Shown one piece after another: positions 62,551 through 64,000 of a stretch of 64,000 nucleotides of DNA. The notes below the pieces were generated by a model, which saw nothing but the letters and a program-made list of their open reading frames with translations, was not told where the DNA came from and searched no databases. The DNA is from Tubulanus polymorphus. Lineage: Eukaryota > Animalia > Nemertea. Each line of letters begins with the position of its first letter. The stretch's first letter is position 1. Both the position numbers and the translations under genes were made by a program. The stretch lies in contig NC_134034.1 of NCBI RefSeq assembly GCF_964204645.1, forward strand, positions 2,604,072-2,668,071, written 5' to 3'.

Positions 62551-64000
62551 AGTGTCATTTATGCGTTCAACTCATCTTTTGCCATGTGGTGCCAAGTGTG
62601 ACATAAAGGATTATTTATCAGAAATGGAGAACTACGTCACCCAATCCCCTGTTTTAAATCCCAGATCCGCATTTTTAGTTCAGAATTTTCGTTTCATGCA
62701 CATTTCAGTAATTTTTATAAATATTTTCTCTTTAAAGGTAAAAAAATTTCCCTCTCAAAAACCTTTAAGAACAGTCGAGCTATTTCAAGAATTCAAAAAT
62801 GCTCGTTTGCCTTTGGTGCCTGGTGGATACGATACTAAGTATTTCATATAGTTTCGCTTGTACTGAACCAGCATCTTACAATCCAGCTTTTTTATTCCCA
62901 CTGAAATGATGTCAATCGAGTTCGACTATTGTTGTCCATTGCATTGACGCGCAATCCACCCTACATCGCGGAAGGTAACAATTGAGGGATTATATGTAGA
63001 GCTGTATTGAGTACAGATGATTGATTATTTAAAAAATTTACCAGACCTCTCTCATGTATGTGTGGAAAAAAATTGCGAAAGTGGCAGAAAACCTTAGAGA
63101 TTTTGGTTATTGCCCCCCCCCCCTCTAAACAGGTGACGTCGCCCCGGTATTGAGTCGAGAAAATTGTGAAATTTTAGGCTAGGATGATTGAAGAATTGGG
63201 GATTATTTCTATTGCCTCATACATAAAAGACCCATTTGTATTAAAGTGAGCCGCATTATGCATAGAATAAATGATTAGAATTATCATAATCATTAGAACT
63301 AATAGCTTATGCGCGTAATTCTAAGCGGATTCGTGATGAAACGATAAATTAGCATTATGCGGAGAACGTACTCAGAAATACCTAACATTTTATAACTAGG
63401 GCACTAATTTAGATGAGAGCTTCACAATACTTGGGTGACTGGTTGACACACTTAAAATGATGGATGTTTTTAGTAGGGCTCCAACCTGCAACGTATTTAA
63501 GGATATGGTTTTGTGGTTTTTGGGAGTCCTTCGCCATATATGCTATATATGTTTATTTTCTGATTTCAGTAATATTAGTATGAAATTAAATCAAAATCAA
63601 TCTCACAGATTGGCAACATCTGAGCCTTAAAACAGTTATTTATATATAGCCAAAAATATGTGTAAAAATATAGCTTTCATACCTCTCATGATATGATAAA
63701 AGACTGTAGGGTTACTTGACCAGTACCGAAGTGCTGAGTAACATTAACTGATGTTATCATACAAAGAAAGGAATTCAATCTATTTGTTTCAGCAAAGTAT
63801 ATACTTTATTTAATGTTGACAGTTTGCTGAAGGAGGTGTAATGTCTGGCGTTTGCGCTGCATCATTTTCAATCAAAAACCAAAGATCTGCTGTTTTTAGT
63901 TCATTTTCAATTGAAAATGTGAAGTGTGGATGATCAGTTTTTTAAAGTGTGCTGATAAAATGTCTAATGTCTGGTGTTTGTAGTTCATTTTCAATTAGAA

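Overview
Intron-rich animal (invertebrate-like) genomic DNA; the species cannot be determined from the sequence. Exon chains were rebuilt by hand from GT-AG sites and checked for phase. Conserved genes: GALNT11-like glycosyltransferase (minus strand, 3' end not found in the window), an AF10/AF17 (MLLT10/MLLT6) PZP-domain gene head-to-head with it that has a mutually exclusive exon pair, CISD3 with two alternative last exons, tRNA-His(GTG), a MAP3K8/MAP3K14-like Ser/Thr kinase, and a SCPEP1-like serine carboxypeptidase. The main find is not called by the ORF track. A ~2.4-kb tandem duplication (55.7-60.4 kb) carries, in each copy, a tRNA-Gln(CTG) and an intact 3-exon gene for a 74-aa secreted prepropeptide. 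The precursor has a signal peptide, an R-x-K-R cleavage site and a 42-aa cationic mature peptide with a CxC...C...C...CC framework resembling sea-anemone defensin-fold neurotoxins (NaTx/APETx/BDS). A third, orphan promoter plus first exon lies at about 62.4 kb. The rest is MITE-like elements, minisatellites and microsatellites.
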